Assembly (NCBI GenBank): GCA_038316195.1
Contig: JBBQAJ010000002.1
Coordinates: forward strand, 86,773 to 150,772
Source of the DNA: Candidatus Saccharimonadales bacterium
Lineage (GTDB): Bacteria; Patescibacteriota; Saccharimonadia; Saccharimonadales; JBBQAJ01
DNA length: 64,000 bases
Reading direction: 5' to 3'
A program made the position numbers and the translations under genes. This document shows, piece after piece, positions 28,345-37,606 of this stretch (its first letter is position 1; every line of letters starts with the position of its first letter). The notes below the pieces were generated by a model. That model worked only from the letters and a program-made list of their open reading frames with translations, did not search any database and was not told where the DNA came from.

Positions 28345-28674
28345 TTGGATGAACTCTCGACGTTATTAGCTTTGTTGGTATAATTTTTGGCGCCCACTGT
28401 GGTTTTACCCTCTTTTTTGATATATGCATATCTTACAGCCACTATAAGACTTTCGCAAGAGTCTTTAGCCTTGTGTTTGGCTTAAAATTATTGAAAATTG
28501 GAAAATAATTTATTTATATTGTAAATATTATTTTTTAAAGGTAATTAAAAAAAGTAATTAAACTAAATGTCTTTGTATTGTGAGCAAGGCGTTGCCATCT
28601 TTGCTTTAGCTACGGTTTTCGTTACGGCTATGTGCAATTAGTTATGTACGTAAATGTATGAAAGTCCTATATAA

Positions 28675-30159
28675 TTGAAATCGTCTATGGACTTTTTAGA
28701 TCCCAAAAAAAAACGAGCTCACTTAATAAAATTATATTTTGGATACGCACTTGTCTCTATTGCGCTAGCGCTTGGTACTACAATTCTTGTTTTGGCTGCA
28801 TACGGATATGATATTGATAGAAGTACTGGAAATGTTATTCAGAATGGACTGTTGATCGTAGATGCACATCCCGAGCCAGCAAGGATAATTATAGACGGGA
28901 CTGACAGAGGTGGTACGAATAACAGATTAGTGTTACCAGCTGGCAAGTATTCATTAGAGCTCCAACGTAAAAATTATCGTACCTGGAGCCATTCAATTAG
29001 CTTAGAAGGTAGTAGTATTGATCAAATCGTCTACCCTTTTCTATTTCCAGAGAAAATGGTAACAAAGTCAATTTCTGAGCTGTCTGCACTTCCAAGCATG
29101 GCATCCGAAAGTCCAGATAGGCACTGGATTATTGTTCATTTACCAAATACTGTAAGCGATTTTGAGGTTATTGATTTGAATTCAATTAAAAATCCTAAAA
29201 CTGCTATAAGTCTCCCTGTTGACACATTTACTCCCGCCGTTGGTGTTCACAGTTATGAAGCGATTGAGTGGTCCAACGATAATACACATCTTCTTTTGAA
29301 GCACGTTTTTAGTAACGGATCAGAGTATGTAATTTTGGATAGAACAAACCCAGCAAATAGTTTGAATTTAAACAAAATCTTTGCAAAACAGCCATTTACG
29401 AGCGTCACTTTGCGAGACAAAAAATATGATAAATTCTATCTATTAAATTCTGCTACTGGAGGATTGTACCAGGCTGATAGTGGTACTTTGCAGACAAATT
29501 TGATCCTGCCAAATGTACTAAGTTATAAATCGTATCTGGATAATACAATATTGTATGTCACGGTTCCGTCAGTGGATTCGGCAGTTGCAAATGTACATAT
29601 TAGGCAAGACGAAAAGGATTTTCTACTTCGTACCGTTCCCAAGGCTGATAAATATTTGCTTGAAATGGCAAAGTTTGACAATAAATTTTATATTGTATGT
29701 GGAAGTCCATCAGACGGAAGTGTTTTTATTTACAAAGACCCGTTCGAGAGTCTGAATAGTAAGCCTTCTAAAACATCGCAACCTTTTCGAGTTTTGATAG
29801 TACCAGGAGCTCAATATTTATCATTTTCATCTATTGCTAGGTTTATTTCTGTTCAAGGTGCAGGAAATTTTGCAGTATATGACTTAGAAGAAAATAAGCA
29901 ATTTAGGTATGACATAAATTTGCCACTAATTGATAATCAAGAGGCTAAATGGATGGATGGACATCGCTTGTCTCTTGTTAGTAATAATGACGTTTATGTA
30001 TTTGATTTCGATGGGAAAAATCAACAAAAACTAAGTGCTAGCTTACCGAACTTCAGGCCATTTTTTGATAGAGACTTTACGGCTATGTTTACTCTCGTTC
30101 AAAATAAGGAAAAAGTTAACATTAGTCGCACAGAATTAAAAGTTTTGCCACAGTTATAA
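28675..30159 (+). CDS. membrane-anchored PEGA-domain protein with a beta-rich C-terminal region
   Basis: TM, then a PEGA-like segment (ARIIIDGTDRGGTNNRLVLPAGKYSLELQRKNYRTW). The track start is TTG; the ATG at 28687 (MDFLDPKKK) is more likely. Confidence 0.6.
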   Translation: MKSSMDFLDPKKKRAHLIKLYFGYALVSIALALGTTILVLAAYGYDIDRSTGNVIQNGLLIVDAHPEPARIIIDGTDRGGTNNRLVLPAGKYSLELQRKNYRTWSHSISLEGSSIDQIVYPFLFPEKMVTKSISELSALPSMASESPDRHWIIVHLPNTVSDFEVIDLNSIKNPKTAISLPVDTFTPAVGVHSYEAIEWSNDNTHLLLKHVFSNGSEYVILDRTNPANSLNLNKIFAKQPFTSVTLRDKKYDKFYLLNSATGGLYQADSGTLQTNLILPNVLSYKSYLDNTILYVTVPSVDSAVANVHIRQDEKDFLLRTVPKADKYLLEMAKFDNKFYIVCGSPSDGSVFIYKDPFESLNSKPSKTSQPFRVLIVPGAQYLSFSSIARFISVQGAGNFAVYDLEENKQFRYDINLPLIDNQEAKWMDGHRLSLVSNNDVYVFDFDGKNQQKLSASLPNFRPFFDRDFTAMFTLVQNKEKVNISRTELKVLPQL

Positions 30160-30163
30160 TGAT

Positions 30164-31321
30164 TTAATTAGTGAGCCAACTAGTAAAACGACTCCAAAGT
30201 GTTGGCGAATTACTAGGTAGTGTGGCCGGAACGAGGTCGGTCTTGGCAGAACTTGCAATATTTACGTTAGGGTCTGGTGTGATCTGTTCACCCGTAACAA
30301 TAAGTCGCCTTAGACTTGTGCCTGGGGGGTCACACGTGATTAAACTAAACGTAGCAGGTTTGCCATAAGTATCAGTCAAAACCGATACTTTATCTGGATC
30401 TACAATTTGCTTGTTAAATACACGGTATACGTATCTTTTACTATCTTTTTGAATCATAAAGGTGTCGCCTGCTTCCATCCGATTTAGTAATACAAATGCA
30501 AATTTATATTCACCTTTATTCAAGATGTTGTTAGATGAGTGCCCAAAAATGGCTCCGTTTCCAAGTTCGCCTGGATTTGATGTAGTTGAGTAGTGCAAAA
30601 CGCCCCGTTCCAGGCCACTTTGAACATCTTTTTCGGCAATAGATGCTTGATCGTAAACAACTGGTATTTCAACATTTATTTTAGGAATAATTATTTTAGA
30701 ATCTGGGCCAACGGATCCACTGTTTGGGTCGATAATTATCGGTGTTGAGCTAATTGATTTACTAGGTGTTACAAATGGTGCCAAAAACCGTTCATTAAAA
30801 AATCCAAACAGCAAAATAAGTATAACCACCAGCCCAGATGCTAGCCCAAAAAGTATGGATTTTAAATGACTAGATTTGTTATTGCTGGATTTATTTCGAA
30901 CTTGAGACAGTATGTGTTTTTTAATATCGGTTACAGTTCGGGTATGACTTGTTATAGATTTATTGGATTTAGTTGGTACTTGTTGGATTGATTGGTTTGA
31001 GCTGGGGTGCTTGTTGTGCACTGTTTGTTTGTTGTGATCTCTATAAAATTCTTGCCATACTTGATGTTTTTCATCGTCAGGAAGTGCCAGATAATAGTTA
31101 TGCCAGGCAGTTTGAATTTCTGCTAATGAGAGTCCTGACTGACTTAGCTGTAACATGAATTGTTGATGTTTAGAATGATGGCCTGAGGTATTGGATTCCA
31201 CTATCTCTTTTTTTGCATTCGGTTCTTCTTCGTATACTTGATTTAATTTTTGTCGTATTAAATCTGCAGCGATATTATTTGAGTCAGGATTGTTCGAAGA
31301 TGTAGATGGGATTGTTTTCAT
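30164..31321 (-). CDS. sortase-family transpeptidase (long N-terminal extension plus TM)
   Basis: Catalytic His (AIFGHSS), Cys (FSLITCDP) and Arg (LRRLIVTG) in the canonical order. Confidence 0.8.
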   Translation of the reverse strand: MKTIPSTSSNNPDSNNIAADLIRQKLNQVYEEEPNAKKEIVESNTSGHHSKHQQFMLQLSQSGLSLAEIQTAWHNYYLALPDDEKHQVWQEFYRDHNKQTVHNKHPSSNQSIQQVPTKSNKSITSHTRTVTDIKKHILSQVRNKSSNNKSSHLKSILFGLASGLVVILILLFGFFNERFLAPFVTPSKSISSTPIIIDPNSGSVGPDSKIIIPKINVEIPVVYDQASIAEKDVQSGLERGVLHYSTTSNPGELGNGAIFGHSSNNILNKGEYKFAFVLLNRMEAGDTFMIQKDSKRYVYRVFNKQIVDPDKVSVLTDTYGKPATFSLITCDPPGTSLRRLIVTGEQITPDPNVNIASSAKTDLVPATLPSNSPTLWSRFTSWLTN

Positions 31322-31385
31322 AATTGCTTAAGCTGGTTTAACAGATATCAGTATAGTATAATTCACTCGACCTTCATAACGCTAT

Positions 31386-31470
31386 GGGCGAGTGGCGGAA
31401 CTGGTATACGCGCACGACTCAAAATCGTGTGTCTCACGACTTGAGGGTTCGAGTCCCTCCTCGCCCACCA
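31386..31470 (+). tRNA. tRNA-Leu (anticodon CAA), CCA encoded
   Basis: Acceptor GGGCGAG/CTCGCCC, anticodon arm CACGA-CTCAAAA-TCGTG, long variable arm, T arm GAGGG-TTCGAGT-CCCTC, discriminator A plus CCA. Confidence 0.9.
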
Positions 31471-31492
31471 TTTTTATATGAAGAAAATTTAG

Positions 31493-33034
31493 TTGACTAT
31501 TTCAAAACACACACTTGAGGGTCTACTACCATTTGGCATTGTTATTGCCACGCCTGCTTTTTTCTTTTCTCTTTTATTTTGGCTCGTTTTTATTGGTCCT
31601 GTTTCATATCTGTGGTATGTGAAGATTAAGCTTCAACATAGCGACGTTTCTAGGATTCTTTTGACATCTTGGCTGGCAGGCTTTGTATATTACCTTATTA
31701 TTGGTAGTTGGTTGTTACAATCAGACACCAAATCTTGGACTCAGTTACCAGGGAGTGGAATTATTTTTATGAAAGTGGTTGTCTGGCTGCTGACTGCTTC
31801 AATATTTGGTTTGTCGTATTTGTTGTTGGGGTTGTTGGTGCGAATCTCTGTTAAAAGACGATTGCCGTGGTTAAAAGTGATTTTGGTATTTCCATTTTTA
31901 TGGGTAGCAACTGAGTTTATTCAGAGTTATATCGTATCCATTTTACTCTATGGACCCGGTGGTCATATAGGTTCGTACTTGAATATGGGTTTTTTTGGTT
32001 ATGGGCTTATCACAACTCCTCTCGCCACTCTCAGCAGATACGTCGGATTATATGGGCTAAGTCTGCTGGTGCTCTACATTAGCGTTGGAATTGTATTGGC
32101 CTTTACTCGTAAATATAAATTTATGTTGTGCATTCTGGCAATTTTGGTGCTGTTGATGCCATTCTTGCGCCAGCCTTCGCTACCAACAACGACAATTGTA
32201 GTTGGGGCACTGCAACTCAAGGATATCGGTATTAGCGAGTACGAAAACGTCACGAACCAAGATTTTTCGGGTGATAATTTACAATTGTTAGTGTTGCCGG
32301 AATACGCAAAGATATTTGACCCTTCTATTCCTGCTGATTGGAAAAGAAATGTTTTACTGCAAACCACCAAAAAGACGGATATAATTTTTTCGACAGAACG
32401 GAAGACAGCCACGGGATTAACATTTAATACCTTACAGCATACACATAATGACGAACGGGTTATAGAGCAACAAGATAAGTATTTCCTTGTTCCGACTGGT
32501 GAGTATTTACCCTGGTTAGTCCAAGGTATAGCAGTTCTGAGTGGCCAAAAATCGATTATTGCTGCCTTTAATGACAATATAAAGCTTCAGCCCGCCACAC
32601 ATCCTGAAGTTCCGTTTAATGGTGAAAATATTAAGATTGGAGCGCTTGTTTGTTCTGGGGTGATTGCAACTGATAGATACCGCCAATTAAGTAATCAAGG
32701 GGCCGTTATTTTGACTAACTCTGCTTCACTCAACGAGTTTAGGAATGCTACTTTATTCCATCATCAGCTGGAACAGTTTACAAAGTTTATATCCATTGCC
32801 AACCAGCGACCCCTCGTACAAAGTGCCAAAGGTGGTGGATTCGCTTTTATACTGGACGCAAATGGGACACAGCTGGCCAGAGCAAAACCCAATTCAAGTG
32901 AGGTTATATATGCAAGCTTAGCTGTAGTTGCGCCGAAAACCCCTTACACTCGGTACGGAGATTACATTGCTTGGCTAAGTTTGTTTGTTGCAGCGAGTTA
33001 TGGTTTGTGGTTCTTCCTTATAAAGAAAGATTAG
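31493..33034 (+). CDS. lnt: apolipoprotein N-acyltransferase-like membrane CN hydrolase, paralog 2
   Basis: About 8 TM segments, then LLVLPEYA (Glu), DKYFLVPTGEYLPW (Lys; close to the Lnt K-x-LVPFGEY-x-P block) and GALVCSGVI (Cys). TTG start in the track. Confidence 0.62.
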   Translation: MTISKHTLEGLLPFGIVIATPAFFFSLLFWLVFIGPVSYLWYVKIKLQHSDVSRILLTSWLAGFVYYLIIGSWLLQSDTKSWTQLPGSGIIFMKVVVWLLTASIFGLSYLLLGLLVRISVKRRLPWLKVILVFPFLWVATEFIQSYIVSILLYGPGGHIGSYLNMGFFGYGLITTPLATLSRYVGLYGLSLLVLYISVGIVLAFTRKYKFMLCILAILVLLMPFLRQPSLPTTTIVVGALQLKDIGISEYENVTNQDFSGDNLQLLVLPEYAKIFDPSIPADWKRNVLLQTTKKTDIIFSTERKTATGLTFNTLQHTHNDERVIEQQDKYFLVPTGEYLPWLVQGIAVLSGQKSIIAAFNDNIKLQPATHPEVPFNGENIKIGALVCSGVIATDRYRQLSNQGAVILTNSASLNEFRNATLFHHQLEQFTKFISIANQRPLVQSAKGGGFAFILDANGTQLARAKPNSSEVIYASLAVVAPKTPYTRYGDYIAWLSLFVAASYGLWFFLIKKD

Positions 33035-33110
33035 GTTTACGACTAAATTGACTAGTTGTAACTGATTATGGTTTAATTTTATTAAGTTTAATTACAAAGA
33101 AGGGTCTGCA

Positions 33111-33188
33111 ATGAAGTCAAAATTGTTAAATAAAAGCAAAAATAATAAAAAATTAACAAAAAAACAAAATCTAATCTTGATTTTCTAA
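33111..33188 (+). other. detached 5' fragment (K/N-rich leader) of the downstream zincin gene, ending at a frame break
   Basis: GAAGGG SD-like run, then ATG at 33111. Encodes MKSKLLNKSKNNKKLTKKQNLILIF*. An A7 tract lies at 33158-33164. The -1 frame continues without a stop into the ATG at 33203. Confidence 0.6.
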
Positions 33189-33202
33189 ACTCACGTAAAA
33201 CG

Positions 33203-33952
33203 ATGCTTGTATTATTTATCATGGTGTTCGGAGGTCTCGGCAGTATATTCTTATTCCGGGGTTTCGCTGCAGCTGATAAAATAGGGATTATTAATTTTTG
33301 GGCGAGCGATAATTGTGTTTTTAGTGCACCACCACCAAATGTTGAAGCTTTGAAAACGGCACAAATTTATGCAAATGACGGTATCAACTTAAGGATACAG
33401 GCATTGGGTTTATGTGGTCATCACCCAGCAGGTTGGTATTTGCAGGAACACGCAGGTAACTTTTTTGGTGAACCTAAAATTTACTACCCAATTCGGGACG
33501 GTATCAGACAAGCACACCCGGGTTATGCGCAGGCACCTGGTGCCAATGTGATGGATAATATTCGTTGGGAAATAGAACAAGAATTTAAGTGGGGTTTCGA
33601 TAGCCCCAAGATATTCTTGGTTAACTTCAATGCCTGTCCAAATGGAATGTCCAATACTAGCAGTGGCTGTGGTTGTGGCGTAACTGCACAACACCCTGCA
33701 ATAGACAATTACAAATTTGGTTTTGTCTGGAAAAGTAACTGTGCAGGAAATGGGGATAAGTTTATCCAGACTGCCACCGCACATGAGCTTGGTCACATTT
33801 TTATTGGGCCAGAAGCACATGATACTGCAAATGGAGACAGTAACAATTTAATGTTCTGGAACTCAGGGTGTAATACCTGTACTCTAAATGGAGCTCAAAA
33901 GTCTGCAGTTTTAAATAATGGTAAAAATTGGGCTTCACCTAAGACAAAATAG
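33203..33952 (+). CDS. secreted Cys-rich zincin-like metallopeptidase (HExxH); as annotated it lacks its leader
   Basis: Starts inside a hydrophobic segment (MLVLFIMVFGGLGSIFLFRGFAAA). HELGHIFIGPEAHD motif. No SD before 33203. Confidence 0.5.
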   Translation: MLVLFIMVFGGLGSIFLFRGFAAADKIGIINFWASDNCVFSAPPPNVEALKTAQIYANDGINLRIQALGLCGHHPAGWYLQEHAGNFFGEPKIYYPIRDGIRQAHPGYAQAPGANVMDNIRWEIEQEFKWGFDSPKIFLVNFNACPNGMSNTSSGCGCGVTAQHPAIDNYKFGFVWKSNCAGNGDKFIQTATAHELGHIFIGPEAHDTANGDSNNLMFWNSGCNTCTLNGAQKSAVLNNGKNWASPKTK

Positions 33953-34200
33953 ACAAAGTCTTCATAATCCAAAAGAACTTATCAAGAAACTGAGTTTTTA
34001 AACTAACTGTCAATGTATGCCTAGTAAAATTTCTATAAACCTTTTTAACAAAAGCAATTATATGCTTAGTGGGCATATTGTCTATGCGTGACGATTCATA
34101 CTAAATATTCAATGATGACTTTTATATATTAAGTCCAATTGGAAGTCTTTGGATAATTAAAACTTTGTAGGAATATATAAAAATGTTGTAATATCTTTAG

Positions 34201-35157
34201 ATGTTAGCAAATGTTTTGGGGATTGACAGATTGTTGGTTGTAGTCAATCCAGCTAGTACTATGAATAGTCGAGTTGAACTTGAGGTAATTGATACCTTGG
34301 ATGATTCTGACTGGGTTAAAAAATACGACATTATTAAAACTACAGCCCCTGATGAATGTCAAACATCGAATGTTGAAAGAATAAGAAATATGCTACTTCC
34401 AAACATTGGCATAGTTATTGCCGGTGGCGATGGTTTGGTAAACGATGTTATGAATGCCAGCGATGGGGCTGATGATGATGTCCGAACTACTGCACGACAC
34501 CTTGTACTTCCCTACGGTAGTGGAAACGATACTGCAAGATCATTACATGGTAGAAAAGGACGCGTAAATTTTCTTGACTTGTTAGATCATGGCACAAATC
34601 TTGCCCTAGATTTGATAGACGTTACCATAGGCAAACAAAAACGTGCCGCCATTAGTTATGTTGGTATGGGTTGGACGGCGTTAGGATCCGAAGCTATTAA
34701 TCTCCCGAATACAAGAAAATTCAAAAAGAATAGCATCGTTCCAAGCAAAATAGTAGAGACAGCAAAATTAGCCCAACTACTTGTTCATGAAAAGTTTAAG
34801 CCAACATTTAGCTATGTTGAAGCTGATTCAGGCATGGTTGAAGCAAGCGAAATCCTTTTTTCCAAATTGCCATCAATGGCGGGTGGTGTAATTAAGGTTG
34901 AAAAAAGTAGACCTGGTGAAGTTGTTTGTATAGAAATTGAACCGGATGGATTTTTGCGAAATATTACTAGGCGATTAATTACACAAGGATTTATTGGTGG
35001 TATGAAAGGAGAACATATTTCCAATCGGACAATTACTGTTGAGCCTGGTACTGTAATTCATTTTGACGGTGAAGCCGAAAGATTAACAGAGCGTACGGAT
35101 GTGGCTGTAAGCGTTAAGCCATCCAGAATAAACTGTTTGGTAAAAGCCAGAGAATAA
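34201..35157 (+). CDS. diacylglycerol-kinase catalytic-domain (YegS/BmrU-like) lipid kinase
   Basis: LLVVVNPAS, VIAGGDGLVNDV and LPYGSGNDTARSL in the order typical of DAGK_cat. Confidence 0.7.
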   Translation: MLANVLGIDRLLVVVNPASTMNSRVELEVIDTLDDSDWVKKYDIIKTTAPDECQTSNVERIRNMLLPNIGIVIAGGDGLVNDVMNASDGADDDVRTTARHLVLPYGSGNDTARSLHGRKGRVNFLDLLDHGTNLALDLIDVTIGKQKRAAISYVGMGWTALGSEAINLPNTRKFKKNSIVPSKIVETAKLAQLLVHEKFKPTFSYVEADSGMVEASEILFSKLPSMAGGVIKVEKSRPGEVVCIEIEPDGFLRNITRRLITQGFIGGMKGEHISNRTITVEPGTVIHFDGEAERLTERTDVAVSVKPSRINCLVKARE

Positions 35158-35172
35158 ATTTAAATCGGTTAT

Positions 35173-36090
35173 TTATTGATTGTCTAAAATATCTAAAATC
35201 AGTTCAGTTCTTTTGTCCAATGTATCTGACGCACTACAATCACCGAGCTGCTCAACATCACATTCCCTTATAACTGCATCGAATGCCATTTCTCTACTTC
35301 CTAATGATAAATCATTACGGACTGCAACCTGACTTATGTCGTCGTCATATAAAAGTCCATTGGGCACAACACGTGTTTTGACTTGAATTTTGTAGGTTAA
35401 TTGTGGTGGACTGATCGCGTCTCTTTGCGAAAATACTGAAGTATCCCAAGCGCCACTTTCAGCTGAACCTTTATTCCGAGTAGCTCTATCTTGGCTAAGT
35501 AGCGATGGAACTGCTACCCATTCATTATCATAAGTATGCTTTAGTGCAAATCTTTGTAGTAGTAGCAATACAGTAATTTCAGATATTCCCCCGCGCAAGT
35601 CTTGGTTACGTAATATACTATGTTCATCATTTTTCCCATGAGTTAGCAGCGTACTATTTACCGATCTTTGCCCTATATCAAGTAATTGATCATATGATCT
35701 TCGAATTGTACTAAGATTGGGGTTTCGTCCATTAACAGCAATTGATGCATGTAATGGTAAACATGCAAGTCCAACTGCAGCTAGTTGGGAGTTTTTATCA
35801 ACTTCGCCTGATACGACTTTTCTAAGTGAAATAACCCTTTCCCAGTTCGCCTTAGCATTTGCAAGAAAACCAATCCTTTGTTCTTCATCTAATATTGGAT
35901 TGCTAGCCGCTATTTCTAGATTCATTGCACCTGCAAAATACAATGCTGACTCAAGACCAATATCTTCAAGCCCTTCGATAATCTCTAATTTTTTCGCAGT
36001 ATCATGCGTATCTACAAAACGCGCGACGTCGCCATATGTCCTGTCATCAGATCTTCCATAAGATCCATTAGGGCCAGTCTCATGTTTCAT
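35173..36090 (-). CDS. uncharacterised protein; helical N-terminal half and a possible PD-(D/E)xK/Mrr-like C-terminal half
   Basis: Ordered candidate motifs GGISEITVLLLL (Glu helix), GAWDTSVF (Asp strand) and YKIQVKT (Q-x-K as in Mrr-type cores). No family recognised. Confidence 0.3.
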   Translation of the reverse strand: MKHETGPNGSYGRSDDRTYGDVARFVDTHDTAKKLEIIEGLEDIGLESALYFAGAMNLEIAASNPILDEEQRIGFLANAKANWERVISLRKVVSGEVDKNSQLAAVGLACLPLHASIAVNGRNPNLSTIRRSYDQLLDIGQRSVNSTLLTHGKNDEHSILRNQDLRGGISEITVLLLLQRFALKHTYDNEWVAVPSLLSQDRATRNKGSAESGAWDTSVFSQRDAISPPQLTYKIQVKTRVVPNGLLYDDDISQVAVRNDLSLGSREMAFDAVIRECDVEQLGDCSASDTLDKRTELILDILDNQ

Positions 36091-36097
36091 TAAGCCT

Positions 36098-36126
36098 ATT
36101 ATATAACAAAAAAATTATAATTGCAA
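36098..36126 (-). promoter_or_regulatory. candidate leaderless promoter for the 35173..36090 gene
   Basis: On the minus strand: TTGCAA (36126-36121), 17 nt, TATAAT (36103-36098), 7 nt, ATG (36090). No SD. Confidence 0.35.
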
Positions 36127-36915
36127 TACTGACTGGGTGATTGCCGTTGTCAATGCTTCAAAAGAATTTGTAGGGTTTTGGAGCCACCAGACTGCTGCGT
36201 ATGTAGCAGTTTTTACTTGCCATACGGGCATATCGGGATCAAGAAGCGTCGTACTAATTTGGCCATTAACTGCAACAACCACTTGATTGTGGTGTTTTAC
36301 GATTAAATTCAGTGGATATATTGAGGTAAATTCATGAAGCCCCTCAATAAGGTGTATCAAGTCCATGCTAAGTTTAAAGGCAGTAGTATGGTGCGCAGAA
36401 ATTGCTATTTTTTGAAGTTGCGACATGTCTAGTACCATCAAAGTATCATTTCTGTTTAAAATTGTTTTAGGGGAAGATAAACAATAATCTGCAGCATCTT
36501 TTGTAATTGTTATTTGACCAGTGTGTTTTGTGGTATAAGATTCAATTAGTATCGCAGTTTCACTATTACGACCAAGTTCACCTGCCAAAATTACACCATC
36601 AGCCCATGAAGATTGTTCCAAAAATTCACCAAGAGCTTGTTTGCTGAAACTTCCAGAAGGAGTATTGGCTGCAAATTCTAAACCTGGAAGCATATTTCCT
36701 GCTACCTTTTTGACAGACAGAGGTAGTAGCACTCGAGTCATGCCTACTCCAGCATCTGCTGCAACTGAAAATGCTTCAGCTGGTAACGCAAAACCATACT
36801 GATTGCCTCCTATTATCAAAAGTTTCCCAGCTCGAGCTTTAGTTTCAGGTCTACTCCACAATAAATCTGGGAAAAGTGGATTGTCAGGACTTTGTTTTTG
36901 CCAATATGTATTCAT
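36115..36915 (-). CDS. divergent YjeF C-terminal-like (NAD(P)HX dehydratase / ribokinase-fold) protein
   Basis: KLLIIGGNQYGFALPAEAFSVAADAGVGMTRVLLP, GVILAGELGRNSET and ITKDAADY parallel the YjeF_C blocks (iGGs..y.GA, GPGLG, DADAL) but are degenerate. Confidence 0.4.
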   Translation of the reverse strand: MNTYWQKQSPDNPLFPDLLWSRPETKARAGKLLIIGGNQYGFALPAEAFSVAADAGVGMTRVLLPLSVKKVAGNMLPGLEFAANTPSGSFSKQALGEFLEQSSWADGVILAGELGRNSETAILIESYTTKHTGQITITKDAADYCLSSPKTILNRNDTLMVLDMSQLQKIAISAHHTTAFKLSMDLIHLIEGLHEFTSIYPLNLIVKHHNQVVVAVNGQISTTLLDPDMPVWQVKTATYAAVWWLQNPTNSFEALTTAITQSVLQL

Positions 36916-37606
36916 TACCTATTTGCTCCAATTTATAAATAACGTTTTTACGTTCTATCACTACTTCCCATCCAGATTTCTGGGCATAAGCCAACAATGA
37001 TTTTTCTGGGTTTAGTGCTATAGGTCGCTCTACCAGTTTCATCATAGCAATGTCGCTTTTACTGTCCCCTACTGCAATGCTATTTTTAAGTGTTAAGTTG
37101 TGTTTGGTTATTAATTCAAGTAAGACTTTATTTTTATGAAAAACGGTCAGATCAATTTTGCCGGTGAAACGTCCCTTTTCACGATGATAATAACTTCCTA
37201 CAAAATCATCAAAACCGTAATATTCAGCTATTTTTTCGACTATTTCGGACTGAGAGCCAGAAATTGCTAATAGAACATAGCCCTTTTTTTTCAGATCTTT
37301 TAATAAATCGCGAGTAAAAACGTATACTTGATCTTTGTATTCTTCAAAAACAGCGCTTGCCGCTAGATCAAAACGGGGTACTGTGAGTTTTGTTAAAAGT
37401 AGTCGGTAAGCGAATATTATTTGCTCTTCATATGCTTTAAACGAATTGTCATGCGCGCGTTTTTTCCATGCTGATCGTGCCTCGCGTATTTTTGTGTAAG
37501 TTTCGGCATCAATATTACCTGATTTGGCTAATTCATCGGCTATTGCGTGATATAACTGCCAACGAATCAAAGTACCATCAATATCAAAAACCGCAAATTT
37601 TTTCAT
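36884..37606 (-). CDS. HAD-IB (SerB-like) family hydrolase
   Basis: FAVFDIDGTL (DxDxT), ISGSQ and VGDSKSDIAMM. Overlaps the downstream gene by 32 nt. Confidence 0.75.
   Translation of the reverse strand: MKKFAVFDIDGTLIRWQLYHAIADELAKSGNIDAETYTKIREARSAWKKRAHDNSFKAYEEQIIFAYRLLLTKLTVPRFDLAASAVFEEYKDQVYVFTRDLLKDLKKKGYVLLAISGSQSEIVEKIAEYYGFDDFVGSYYHREKGRFTGKIDLTVFHKNKVLLELITKHNLTLKNSIAVGDSKSDIAMMKLVERPIALNPEKSLLAYAQKSGWEVVIERKNVIYKLEQIGNEYILAKTKS

Noticed and set aside
28376-28470. Extended -10 (TGGTATAAT at 28376-28384) about 300 nt upstream of the PEGA gene, followed by small hairpins; a possible sRNA
   Set aside because: The stems are only 4-6 bp with no convincing terminator, and there is no conservation information. 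It may simply be the PEGA gene promoter with a long AT-rich leader.
32074-32577. 167-aa minus-strand ORF inside the second Lnt-like gene. The same pattern occurs at 33410..33820 (136 aa), 35717..36061 (114 aa), 56903..57301 (132 aa), 61509..61943 (144 aa), 13757..14107 (116 aa), 9281..9697 (138 aa) and 50745..51128 (127 aa).
   Set aside because: All are fully nested antisense to longer ORFs that carry recognisable domain motifs. None has an SD or a recognisable domain.
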